Position numbers and translations under genes: made by a program. The notes beneath the pieces are model-generated. The model saw nothing but the letters and a program-made list of their open reading frames with translations. It searched no databases and was not told the origin of the DNA. This document shows positions 1 through 13,204 of a stretch of DNA of 64,000 nt, in pieces. The stretch spans positions 127,596,001-127,660,000 of the forward strand of contig NC_042998.1 in NCBI RefSeq assembly GCF_006345805.1, read 5' to 3'. The stretch comes from Octopus sinensis (taxonomy: Eukaryota). Within the stretch, counting starts at the first letter, position 1, and every line of letters starts with the position of its first letter.

Positions 1-315
1 TATTTTCCTGGGTGAACAATATTTAGTTCAATAGAAAATGGACATTCATCTAGGTCTCGGATCATTGTCGCTTGACCCATTAATGTCTGATCTCAGGCAA
101 TTATTGAAATCGGATTCTGATTACACAATTGTCTTTAACACTATTTTAACTTCTGTATAAACTGGTAGCTACAACCGAGCGTAGATTTCTCTACAAGATC
201 TACAAGATATTACATGGCGCCAGATACGACGACGATATATCTGAAGAACAAAGGACAGGTAATGTACGGTATCTGATCCTGTGGAAATGTGCTTAAAATT
301 GTCTACAAAATCTAA

Positions 316-561
316 CAAGTGGCACTCTGTCGGTTACATCGAGGGTTGCAGTCGATCCGACCAGCAGAAGAGCCACCTCGAGAAATTATCGTAGAAGGGG
401 CTGAACACTCTCCACGCGTACCTTTAACGTAGTTCTCAGGGAGATTCATCACGTCACGGACTTTGATTAGGCTGACCCTTTAAAATATAGGTACTACTCA
501 TTTTTACAAGCTGGGTTGACTGGAGCAACGTGAAATAAAGTGTTCTGTTTCAGAACACAAC
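316..561 (-). mobile_element. Degenerate SINE body/tail remnant
   Basis: Motifs such as cctttaacgtagttctc and ggctgaccctt resemble a recalled cephalopod SINE body; no intact head. Confidence 0.45.
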
Positions 562-3500
562 GAGCTTCGCACTATCCATCTCATAACGTAGATCATGAAT
601 TGAACATCCTCTCTTAAACACGCACCTTCACAAAATGTAATAAACTGTACGCCTATACACACATGAATAACACTACCTATATGCAAGGTATGTATATCCC
701 TCTTTTTGGCCTTTTCTATTAAAATATCCTGGTAGTATTTTCATCTTTTGATGAAGTACATATTTTTTTTTAGAATAAATGGATAACGGTGTTCATGCCA
801 TGAATAAGAGTAAGAGAAATATAATTGTATTATCCTAGAATTTTAACGTAATTGTTATCACCAATTAAATTTTAATGGGAGCTTACTTTTTGATTCAATG
901 AAGCTTACTATAGACAACGTTTATAGGAATGGAATGTTGATTTCTTCCCAGTTTCATTCGAACCTTAACAGTAATGTATGTATCCCCACTACTCTGTTTC
1001 TCAACAAAAGACTCGTTCCATAGTCATAAAATATAAATTTGAGTATTAGAATACTTATGAGTAAGTGAGGAACCCACTTCATATCATTAGATTTTTTTTG
1101 TAATGGTAATCTAAAATAGTTTTATTTTTATTTTCTTTTGTTTCCAAAGTCTCATTTATAATCTCATACACTTCATCAGCAGTTACCTTAACTTCAAATG
1201 TTTGTATTCTAAAATCTTTAACTTACATAAGCAACGAAGGTAGGATAAAGAGTGAAAGAACGAAAAAAAATCAATTTTGTCTTATAATAGAGTTAAAGCA
1301 ATAATTTTCAGAACATAAATATTAATTTTACTAAAATAAAGCAATCATTTTAGTAGCTTAAATCAGTCATTTTAGTAGTAGAGATTTTTTTAACGTAAAA
1401 TAGTCAGTTTAATAATATAGTGATGTTAGTAAGTAAAGCAATAACATTAGTAAATTAAAGCAGTTATTATAGTAAGACAGCTGCTTTTTGTGACGTAAAA
1501 CAAGCCAAATTATCTGACAAGTCCCATTTTAAATGACTTTGCTTAATAAAAGGCAAATCTCTTACCCATTCGAAAAAAATACTTTAGGTCTGTGCTTGAC
1601 ATCGCTTTCAATAATGTTATGCAATTTTGACGTTCTAGACCTGTGAGCGAACGAAATCAATCTATGCCATCTTCAAATACTGTGTATCTAGGGCGACGTT
1701 ATCCGATACATTATTATTAAAATGACTGCTTGATGCCATTACAAGAGGTATGCTTGCTATTTCTAGCCGCTCGAGTGTCTGTAATGGTTATTGTTTTTAT
1801 ATCGGATATGATTTCGTTGAGGTTTAGCTTATTTCAACTTTGGTCGAGCGGACATACATATTCATGAACATTCAGTTATTAATTATCCCCTCTTCTTATA
1901 TATTTAGTACCTACATCATTTTCCTGGTGTTTCCTTTCTGGTTTTAAGGGTGAAATGATATGCAGAAATTTGTCATACATTTCTAGCAAGCCAAGGACTT
2001 CTCGTTACTTCGATCATAATGTTAATCAATCACGTGAAATTCCTAAGCGGAAAAACTATATCCCGGATTCTTCAATGCCAGAATGCCACTACGACGGTGC
2101 GTTATTCACCTCCCGACCCAAAGTTATCATAAACACAAGCACAATGAAATGTAGATGGATGGATTAGAAATAGCGATGGACCTCTCTCTGCATTCTTAAT
2201 CAAGTCATAGGCTTGATAAAACAAGACGCAGCTAACTTTTCAGTATGTGTGGGTCAGCGGGCTGACATTTTTGCTTTACCGTTATCTTACATGTGGTTTT
2301 CATACTTCAATTCTTGTTTGATTGAAGTTTTCGATAGAAGAATATTCAAAGTCAAATGAGGCATGAACTAAACTTCTGGCTGAATGAGTTCAACTCAGTC
2401 TTATTGTTAGATCTACGAAAGCGATTGAGATTCACATACAGATTTCAAATTACATAGGCATCGCTTGATAAAGCATTGTCAATGAGGTACGAACAAAAGA
2501 CTGCGTTCTATTAATCACCTATCTTCTATAAACATATCAAATGAGGTTTTCTAAACATGCAACACACACACACACACACACACTCGCACATGCACACACT
2601 CACACATGCACACGCACGCATATTTATATATGAATAATATACATACAAATTCATGCGAATACGCACACACAGACACACGTGTGTGTGTATGGCATCTGCT
2701 TATTTAATCTTACATTAATCTTACGATTAAAACTACATATAAATACAAAGAGAATTCCTTTTTGTCCGTAATTTAAACACAGTTTTATTTCCATAAAGAA
2801 ATTATTAACAATATTAGTGTAACCAAAAAGGACCATAGCTTAATACAAAAATTTTAGAAAATAACTAGTTTAATTTTAATTTTCCACTCGGCACTTTACC
2901 TAGGTAGTGAAACTTTTAATAATTATTTCATTGTATCATCTTTAGATCTATTGTGCAGACTAAACGAGTAAGCTGAACATTAGAGATGCGGTCGATAATT
3001 GTCCAACTGCATAAGATGGAATAGATTTAGAGCCATTCAGATGCTTACTCACCATGTTACGGCCATCTTCAATGAAACTGATAGCTTTATCGACTGTTCT
3101 TCGCCACAGCAGACGCGAAAAAAATTACTGAATGTATAGAGCATTCACCACATGTCGATGGGGAAGAGGAAATGATTGCCATTAACATTTTGAACTATAT
3201 TCATTAGAAAATACCACATGCCGATTGATGTCACTATCACCAAAATCGACTAAAGACGTTTAAGTTTCTAAGAGTTGTTGCGCTTAAAATACATTCATTT
3301 GTAAAACCAACGCGCCTCCATTCTGCTTATTCAAGATTATGAGAATTGGTTATTGTGTTAGAATTAGTAGTAATTTAATTTGTTCAGTTTCGATACTCAA
3401 GTACTCAGAGTCTGTAACCGATAAGAATTCACTCTTAGTGCAGAAGTTCGACCTTTAATGAAGGTGTTTACTGTGTCATGATCGGGTTTGAATGTTTGGA

Positions 3501-3927
3501 AAAGAAATTGGACTTGTATACTAGATTAAACACATGATGAATATTTTATGCGATGCTCCAAATTGCAAGTCCAAAGTTTCGTGTATATGATGCTATTCTG
3601 AGAATTTCGGGGACTCAAACTAGTATTATTGTCATGTAATTTTATTGTTCTCTTTTAATGCACATATCTTTTTAAAAAATTGTCATAAGTGTTAAATGTT
3701 CGTAAATGAATTGAATTTAGCTTTACTGTTATTGGAAATTAAATAACCCTACTGTACACATATATGTGTATGTATGTGTGTGCATGTCTGTGTGTGTGAG
3801 AGTGAGAAAGAGAAGAGAGAGGGAGAAAGAGAGAGAAGGTGAAATAATGAGAGAAAAGGATGACAAATAACTGTCTAGCTAAATATGTATATATATGCGT
3901 GTGTGTGTGTGTATGTGTGCGTGCGTG

Positions 3928-3971
<44 letters not shown>

Positions 3972-5035
3972 TATACAGGTAGATGTTTCACTGACTCTTT
4001 GCCTCAGCAGGCCTTTGTCGAACTAAATACGTATATTCGCTTAATATAGCTGGTGCCAGCATCAGGAAGGGTTAGTATATAAATGGACACAGAAAGGGAA
4101 AAGCAGATGGATAAAAAAGGATTAAAAATACTTTCTGAGAGCTGGACATGAATTATATTACATGGGATAATGCAAAATATGTTGGAACATATTTAACAGA
4201 AAGACGCACATTATCACAGGCAACAGAGTCTTAGTTTCTCAAAACAAGATATTTCATCACTGTTAATACGCAATTCTTCATGTGTAGGTTCGGTATATGA
4301 ATATTCCGAAGACATTTCACTTTACCTGGTTGTATAGAATTAGAGATAGTTTCTAGTTAAACTTACAATTGATCCACGTGCGTTTGTTATATAAATTGAG
4401 CAGACTACTATACGAGTATGGTGCTCAATTTATATATCAACGACAAGTGATAACTGTCTTAGAAAGATAGTGAAAAAGTGTTAGTTGGCGAGCTTCAATA
4501 CTTGCCATTTAAAGATGCTCCTGTGCTTCCACCTACTATAAATATCTGACATGCGTTTACGAACTTCAACCTACAGTCCCAAGTAAAGAAATCTGAGGTT
4601 ATCTTACACTACTTTTCTGAAAGTCAATAATTGTTTTTTGGGTTTTTTTTTAATATTTCATATAGAGATTGACCTCTTCATTCGTTCATCCTGTATTGGT
4701 CGATTTACATAATAATACCTGGCAACGTCAAGACCTGCTATATAATGTGCTATTTCGTGTTAAATGAGAACTCGCTGCTTTATTGTGCGATTTTGTGCAG
4801 TATCAGTCATTGGACATCCCGCTTAGATTAACTAAAATTGAACATCCCATGTTCATGTGTATGTACCTACATACGTACATACATACATACATACGTACAT
4901 ACATACATACATACATACATCCATACATACATACATACATACATAAATCGTGGACGGCACGTCATTGCAGCAGTAGTAACGGGTTTAGGAATCTCGTTGT
5001 TATAATTGTTCCAAATCAAGCAAAGCGATAAATAT

Positions 5036-5395
<360 letters not shown>

Positions 5396-5654
5396 TTCAA
5401 AACGGGAAGACAATAAGAGTTAGAGATGCGAAATGTGCGAAATATAAAGAAATTCTGATTACATTAAAATTATTCTCTTACAAACAAAAAAGATAGGGTT
5501 CGTTAATGATTCTTGCAAGAACTGAATTAGGAAACAGTGCATGATTGGATAATTTTCGCGTTCTAAATTGTATTCTACTTACACGTTCCGACTTCTAGAC
5601 ACATCTACGCTACCTTAGCTTTTCACAATTTTCTAGATCAATGAAACAGCTGTT

Positions 5655-6350
5655 AAGGTGGCGAGATAGCAGAATCGTGAACATGCTGAATGGAATGCTT
5701 AGTGCCATATCCTCCATCACTATACTCTCAGTTTAAATTCCGTCGAGGTTGACTTTGCTTTTCGTCCTTTCGGGGTCGAAGAAAATAAGTATCAGTTGAG
5801 CATTGGAGTCGATGTAATCGGTCATCCCCTCCTACAAAATTTCAGGCGTTGTAGAATGGATTATTATCATAATGACTATTAGGGAGCTGAGCGGGCAGAA
5901 TCGTTTAGCATGTCAGGTAAAATGCTTAACAGCATTTCTACTCTCTTTACGTTCTGTGTTCAAATTCTGCCGAGACCGACTTTGCTTTTCATGCTTTCGA
6001 GGTGTCGATAAATTAAGTACCAGTTGCGTAGTGGGGTCGATCTAATCGATTGAGCCCCCTCCTCCCTCCCTCCCATAAAATGCCTAGAGTTGAAAAGAAT
6101 CGTTAGCATCCCAGGCAAAATGCTTAGCGGCATTTCGACTCTCTTTATGTTCTGAGTTCAAATTTTGCCAAGGTCGACTTGGTGAGTGTGCGTATGTGTG
6201 CGTGAGTGTGCATGTGTGTGTGTGTCTGCGAGTGTGTGTCTGTGCGCGCGCGCGTGTGTGAATGTGCATTTTGTATATGATAGGTGTCTACCAGTGCACT
6301 CATCCTTTCGGGGCTGGGGGTTCGATGTAATTGACTTGCTCCTTCTCATG
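5655..6350 (+). mobile_element. Cluster of three head-to-tail tRNA-derived SINE copies (third interrupted by a GT-rich tract)
   Basis: Three diverged repeats of gcagaatcg..agca...aaatgctta...ttcaaatt...gaggtcgactttg...gataaa.taagtaccagttg...ggggtcgat.taatcga, starting near 5655, 5881 and 6098. Confidence 0.8.
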
Positions 6351-7434
6351 AACTTGCTGGGCTTGTACCTAAATTTGAAACCAATATCAGAGTGCGCTAT
6401 TTCCTTCTTGAAAGTTTCATTACAATTTATTTCATAACATTATTATTTAAAATCATAGAAAATTGCACAATAAAGCGCAATCAATTATTTTTGCTTTTGT
6501 ATTCTTTGTTTCATTAAGTTCATAAAGACTGGGCTAACTTCATAAATAGAAATCATAGGAGAACAAGGAAATCGACACGAATAGGAAACAATCAAATTTA
6601 CTGCTGAATCTGATAAAAACATCATAATTCCTTCTAATTTAGGAAATAAAATTTGGTATTGATTTTCAGGTTTTGTAGAATTTCAATTTCAGATTTAAAT
6701 CTGATTGTTTTATTTAATTCGATTAGATAGTTCCTTCTGTGTGTGTCCTTGTTTACACCACACAACTTAAAAAGGAAGCAGGGAGAATATATGTTGCTGT
6801 AGCCCCGAACTCACTAATGACACGTTGGTGAATTTTTTAAATGCTAACTGTTTCAAAACCAATTCAAATACACACGCGCGCGAATATATTGTTATATTTC
6901 GGGACGGTCATTTTATTGTTGCCAAATAAGCACATGCACTATATATTCGTTATTCACCCTTTTATTATTGTACTTATTTTATTTTAAGTCCATTGTCTAG
7001 AAATCTTTCGTCACACATCTGTGATATCTTCATCCATATGTTTCCTCCTGTCCTTTTAGTCCATTCTGCATATGTGTAGTTATATATGATTTTCGTTTTT
7101 CGTTTCGGTTTTTTTTTTCATCATCAAACAAGTCTAGACATTTTAATCTCCGTTTGTAATGTGGCTATGATCTGACAAGCAGGTCTCACGAATCGCCTAT
7201 AATGCCAATGGCAAGAGTAGACGTAAAAGAAAAGGCAAGCACTTAAACGGATATATGCCATAACCACGGATGTACTATTCGACGACATAACATATAACTG
7301 CTTGGAATTCCTTTAAGGGTGTGATGATCTTTTCTGACTTATGAATACCTGATCGTTCTGCGTGTGTGTGCGTGAGTGTGCATGTGTGTATGTGCCTGCG
7401 TGTGTGTGCGTGAGTGTGCATGTGTGTATGTGTC

Positions 7435-7471
<37 letters not shown>

Positions 7472-8113
7472 ACGTGTGTGAATGTGTATTATGTATATGA
7501 TAGGTGTCTACCAGTGCGCTCATACGCGCTCCTATGCTAATTGATTCTGGCCACCGTATATAATTCCCAACCTGCCAAGTTAATTGCATGAGATTGTTAT
7601 GTATGTGGCAACGTAGCATAAATATATTGATAGCGAGCAATACTTCATGGATTGAGATTTATTAATGCATATGTTTCGGTATTTTTATGGAACCTCCTCA
7701 GTTTATCTATAGGATATTGTTAAATGTCATTTATAATATCCATGGACGCTATGGGAGCACATTAATTTGGCAAACAATTCTTCAGGCAATTTTCAATTTC
7801 CTTGTCATGTGTGTGTGTGTGTGTGTGTGTGTGCGCGTAGGTGTGTGTGTGTGCGTAGGTGTGTGTGTGTGCGCGCGCGCGTAGGTGTGTGTGTTGAAAT
7901 TTGTATTTACATATAAGGGCAAAATACTTTGCAATTTTTGGGCCGTCTTTACGCTTTGAGTTCAAATTCTGCTGATGCTGACTTTCTTTCATCTTTTCGG
8001 ATTCGATAAAACAAGTACCGGTTGAGCACTGGGATCAATGTAATCGACTTATCTCTTCCTCCGAAATGACTGGCCATATGCCAAACTTTGAAATCAATAT
8101 GTATACATACATT

Positions 8114-8162
<49 letters not shown>

Positions 8163-9100
8163 ATTTATACATATACCTATAAATGTGTATATTTAAACAG
8201 ATACATACAAGCAAATATGTACGTATACATCAGTATACATGTATGTGTACATGTATATCTGTGTGTGTAGTTAACACTTCAACACTACCTATCTTTCAGA
8301 AGAACTGCTTCTCTCCTTAGTACTCTTCAGAAATTGATTTTCATCTGAGACACAATCGATTTAATATCAGAAAGAATTCTTCAAAAGCGTAACGTTTTCC
8401 AAAGACATATTAAAAAGAAAATTGATGCTGATAGTATTCATTCTTTGTTATTCTCTTACTCGTAGACATAGCCGTGATATTGTATTTGTTGTTCTTTTTA
8501 TAGATGTAACAGTGTTCTTAGACTTTAGTTGTTGTTGTCGTTATTATTATTGACATCAAAACTTGACCTTTATTGTTAACTTGTGTTCATCACGATTATA
8601 AATATCGTTTTGTTGCATGCTGTTTTAGCTGTGTAGAATCATATGTTTGGCAATAGTTGCGTTGCCCATGATGCTGCGAGCATACGAAGAGATGTTCCCA
8701 CGCTTCATCTAGCGACACATCAATAGCCAGGGAAATTCGAAGATCGCTGTATCATTTGATGTATTATTTCTCCACCGCGGGACGATGAAGGCCCGTAGTG
8801 GTCACTGTGGTATAATGAACTAAGTAGAAATTAACTTGGCGCAAATACTGCAATACATGTACACGTGTTTGTGTGTGTTTGTGTGTGTGTTTATGTTTGT
8901 GTATGTGTGTGTGTGTGCGTGAGTGTGTGAGTGAGTGTCTGTGTGTGCGTATGCGCATATATAGGTACATATATTACATATACATATAGTTTCACAAATA
9001 CGCACATATATTAATATATAGACATATATATAGGCTTCAGGAAGAATCTTCCATTTTGTCACCGTCTATCTATCCATCTATCTATCCATCTATCTATCTA

Positions 9101-9173
<73 letters not shown>

Positions 9174-9599
9174 GCAATAATAATTCTCTAAATGAGATAT
9201 AGACAGTAACTGCTCCATAACATAAGGGACTAAAGCCATCTGAATATGGCTAGGGACAGGGCAGGGTGGTGGGGGTGTTACTGTTGCATTTAGCCCCAGG
9301 CGAACATCAACGTCGCCAGATAGGCTTGACACCATCACGGCGTCCTCTATCCTGCAAAGGGAGATCATTCCCCGATGAAGCGGAAACCACACTTGGTTAA
9401 TGTGTATATGTAAAATGGTTAATGTAAAATAATGCCCATTTTTACTGTACCTCTTATACAATGTAACTCCAAAATTGTTATTAACTTGCCCATTGCTCGT
9501 TTACCTGCTTACCTGCTAATGTTTGCTTTTCTAAGCTTAAACTACCATAACCTATTGCAGCCATAATCATCTGCATAAATGAATACGCGTGTAACTGTC

Positions 9600-9630
<31 letters not shown>

Positions 9631-10971
9631 GCGCGTGTTTTTGTTTGTGTGTGCATGCGTGTGTCTGTGTGTGTGTGTGTGTAAATATATATGCATATAT
9701 ATTTATATTTACACACATAAATTATGTTAACCTAATAATTACTCCCTCACAACTCTAAATCTTTTTTTCATTTGAATTCCAAGTAACGTATCTAAAATTA
9801 TATCAATTATTCGCATTTCTTATTCAAGGAATTTTCTTAAAACAATATATTTTTAATATACACCATCATTTATTTTCATTGTATACCACTTATAATTATA
9901 TATAAATTGAAATGTAGCTATGGTGCCCCATTGGACGCTTATATATATATATATACATATATATACATACATATGTGCATATATACACATACACACATAT
10001 ATATATTATATTATATTATATTTTACCTCTTATGATAGATGCTTGATATGGAATGTATATCACTTAATTACCTATCTTCATATAGATAGAATGTTTCTTA
10101 AATACTTTTCTCTTATATTTTCAAACAACAGTTAGCCGCATGTTATAGTTCTTACACAATTATATTTTAATAATTATAATTATATTAATTTCTAATATTT
10201 TCCATGGTTTTTACATGTTAATATTACCGTTTGAAATGATCGTTTGTATGATTAAAATGTTATAAAACTGTTAACACTTTCTCTTCTCCATCCTTAGTTG
10301 TTTGTTTAGTTTCTATAAATGCGCATAACACACTTTATACATGTAACATTTTCATATTCGAAAAATACTTACAACTGTAAGCTACAAATTTAATATGAAG
10401 AATCTTTATTAGAAATCGAACTTTGGAACCCCCCAAAGTAAAGGATGAAATAGAACGCAATCTTTTCTTCCATATATATTTATAAATACAGAGAATATTT
10501 ATGTGATATTTCCCCCCAGACTACTCTGGGAACCTAAAAATCTTTGGAAATAACATGAAATTCACGACTATAATATATCCATATATGTAAATGGAAAAAA
10601 ATCAGAACTTTTTTTCTCCCCCACAGGATAGAATATATAGCATATATTAATTTTATTTCATATGAATGAATATTTTATGAGTGCCATTCCAAATATATTT
10701 TATATTGCGTTATATTATCTTTCATTACATTATGAAATATATCATGATGTATTATTGTGTTATATATATGTAAATATGCGCCGCGTGAGTCTATGTGTTT
10801 ATAGCTTTTTTCAGTTATTCTTTTAAACGTTTCAGCCCTAAGGTTGTGTCCATGTTGAGGCACCACCAGTGTTTATACATATATATTTGACATAATCTTC
10901 TCTCACCTTCTCTCTCACAGCCTCTCTTTTCCCCCTCTGTGTGTCTCTATCGATATATATATATAGAGAGA

Positions 10972-11980
10972 GAATACCAAACGAGTTCCCTGTGGATACC
11001 GTATTTATTACAACGAGTGGCTTTCGCTCGTTAGATACGTTTACAAGCCACGAGTTGTAATAAATACGGTATCCATAGGGAATGAGTTTGGTATCTTATT
11101 TATTACACACGAATAAACGACCATATTTTATTAACCCAATAACTAAATTCTTCACATCGTGTTGAAGCGCGCATGAATACAGCTTGATTTCACGTCAGTG
11201 ACGTCACAATGTGTAACTGCAAAATATGTCATGCCGCAGGAGGATAGTCCGACATTATAGCGCTATGTTTTCAGGTGAAATGACTGATAACTGATGACTG
11301 ATTACCTTGAACGAATTTGTCTATTCCAGAATGATCATACCTCGGTTGAAATTCAAGTTCATTATTGCTCTCATCAAAGAAATCGTCACGTACAAGTTCG
11401 TTGTACACCTCATCAGGGATGTTAGATCTAGGGTTCGATGACAATCCACTCGTCGATGACACTGTTTCAGATACCTTTGTTAACCTGTATCCAGCAACAT
11501 ATCGAACTTGGCCAGTATTGATCTTCACTTTGAACATTCTGTATGTTCCAAGAGGTTGAACAACGGATAACACTCTTCCCCCATCTTTACCATGAATCTT
11601 AACAAAATCATTCACCTTGATATGGACAACAGTAGCCATCTTGTTGATAGATCTACCTGCACTGCAAGAGTATCGACGCGCAGACGAAATATGTTGTGAT
11701 TTTTTGGCATCAAAAAATTGAATTACCACCAGAAATGTTTATATTTTATGTGTATATGACTTTAAGTGATATCTGGTATAAAAAAGATAGTATGTTTGTT
11801 TAATTACATGGCTACATTCTACCTGCTCGTGAAAGTAATGAATGAAGTTTAGTTGTAACTTATGAATGACAAAAGTAGTGCCGTCACCGTGACCTCGGGT
11901 CATCACCATGGATTGACCAATCAGAAGCAGCGCTCGCAGTATCTGACATATGTTAGATACCAAAAATATCTCAAAGTGTT
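10972..11980 (-). mobile_element. Probable non-autonomous Crypton-like DNA element with terminal hairpin and short ORF
   Basis: 50-bp imperfect inverted repeat at 10974-11094, a non-repetitive ORF, and gaccaatcagaa near the other end. Family assignment is inference from recalled mollusc/cnidarian elements; no recombinase catalytic domain is present. Confidence 0.4.
11271..11639 (-). CDS. 122-aa ORF (MATVVHIKVNDFVKIHG...), possible N-terminal remnant of a transposon protein
   Basis: Part of the 152-aa ORF-track frame with normal complexity; ATG at 11639 in good context (aacaagATGGc); beta-rich N-terminus then acidic segment. Confidence 0.45.
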   Translation of the reverse strand: MATVVHIKVNDFVKIHGKDGGRVLSVVQPLGTYRMFKVKINTGQVRYVAGYRLTKVSETVSSTSGLSSNPRSNIPDEVYNELVRDDFFDESNNELEFQPRYDHSGIDKFVQGNQSSVISHFT

Positions 11981-11996
11981 CTCACTTACATGTGTG

Positions 11997-12064
<68 letters not shown>

Positions 12065-12377
12065 ATGCATGTGTGTTTGTGTGTGTGTTTACATACATAC
12101 AACCCTCTCACCGTGTTGAGCCGCTGAACATTACACAGCTTTCTCTCTCTCCGTTATTTTCATTCCCGTACCATTTTTTCCTTTTATTCCTTTCTGTTGA
12201 AGGCTCGAAACATAAAAGACTTTTCTATTTTTCCCGAACATTAAACTAATACACCTGGTTGTTGTTCCTACAACTGTCTTTTTTTCTCTAACTTTGAACT
12301 ATATACATACACAAGCGTACATACACACACGCATACACACACACATATAGATACATAAAAATACACATACCACGTGA

Positions 12378-12650
12378 CCACGTGACCGACCAGACCATCA
12401 GATGTTGCTACACATCGCTGGTCACAATGCGTTCACATTGTTTTAGCCTTCGAACGACGCCACCCCGCTGGCTAAGCGAGCAGGCCAACAGAAGAAAGAT
12501 AGAAAGAGTGGTGAAAGAGTACAGCCGGAGCCTCGTGGACCTTTTAGGTGTTTTCGCTCAATAAACACACACAACGCCCGGTCTGGGAATCGAAACAGCG
12601 GTCCTACGACTGCGAGTCTGCTGCCCTAACCACTGGGCCATTGCGCCTCG
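12378..12650 (-). mobile_element. tRNA-derived SINE with internal deletion
   Basis: Minus strand starts gaggcgcaatggcccagtggttagggcagc (A box TGGCCCAGTGG) with B box GTTTCGATTCCC, followed by non-tRNA body. Confidence 0.8.
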
Positions 12651-12652
12651 AA

Positions 12653-12696
<44 letters not shown>

Positions 12697-13027
12697 TTAT
12701 AATAAATATTAGGGAATAAATCCAAATTTACAGGGAAAAATCAGATTTAGGATTGAATCCAATTTTATAGTAAATACAATATAATATTAATTAGAGACAA
12801 AACCACTATTATGCAAATCAAACAAAGAAAGACTTAATCCAATACATAAAAATTTTTATATAAATTAAATATAATTAAGATATCCACTACGATCGTTTCT
12901 TGTCACTTCTATGGACATTCATCATGTGGTTTCAAGACCTTCTATGCAATTTTGAACTATAACATTTTTTATGTATTGGATTAAGTCTTTCTTTGTTTGA
13001 TTTGCATAATAGTGGTTTTGTCTCTAA

Positions 13028-13038
<11 letters not shown>
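12697..13038 (-). mobile_element. Penelope pLTR-like/retrozyme-like insert with 73-bp inverted repeat
   Basis: 12780-12852 is the reverse complement of 12966-13038; hammerhead-like fold in the spacer; flanked by (CA)n(TA)n and (TA)n. Confidence 0.6.
12884..12929 (-). ncRNA. Type I hammerhead ribozyme-like motif, C3A core variant
   Basis: CCAC-aUGAUGA-A-UGUC-cauagaagu-GACA-A-GAAAC-GAUC-GUA/GUGG: stems I, II and III pair; first core base is A instead of C. Confidence 0.65.
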
Positions 13039-13087
<49 letters not shown>

Positions 13088-13158
13088 TTAGTGTAGAAAG
13101 AAATGGAGCTGAACGAAGATTTAACAATATATATATATATATTATATATTATATATAT

Positions 13159-13189
<31 letters not shown>

Positions 13190-13204
<15 letters not shown>

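Noticed and set aside
2940-3640. Possible old Tc1-like transposase remnant (VVFSNE on the minus strand)
   Set aside because: Single weak motif; no further DDE motifs or TIR can be supported by eye.
6990-7035. Decayed hammerhead-like motif on the minus strand
   Set aside because: Core and stem I are both mutated; not callable without a family consensus.
12560-12650. tRNA-like sequence (also 21460-21540 and 61760-61838)
   Set aside because: A/B boxes are present but continue into SINE bodies without a complete cloverleaf; these are SINE heads, not tRNA genes.
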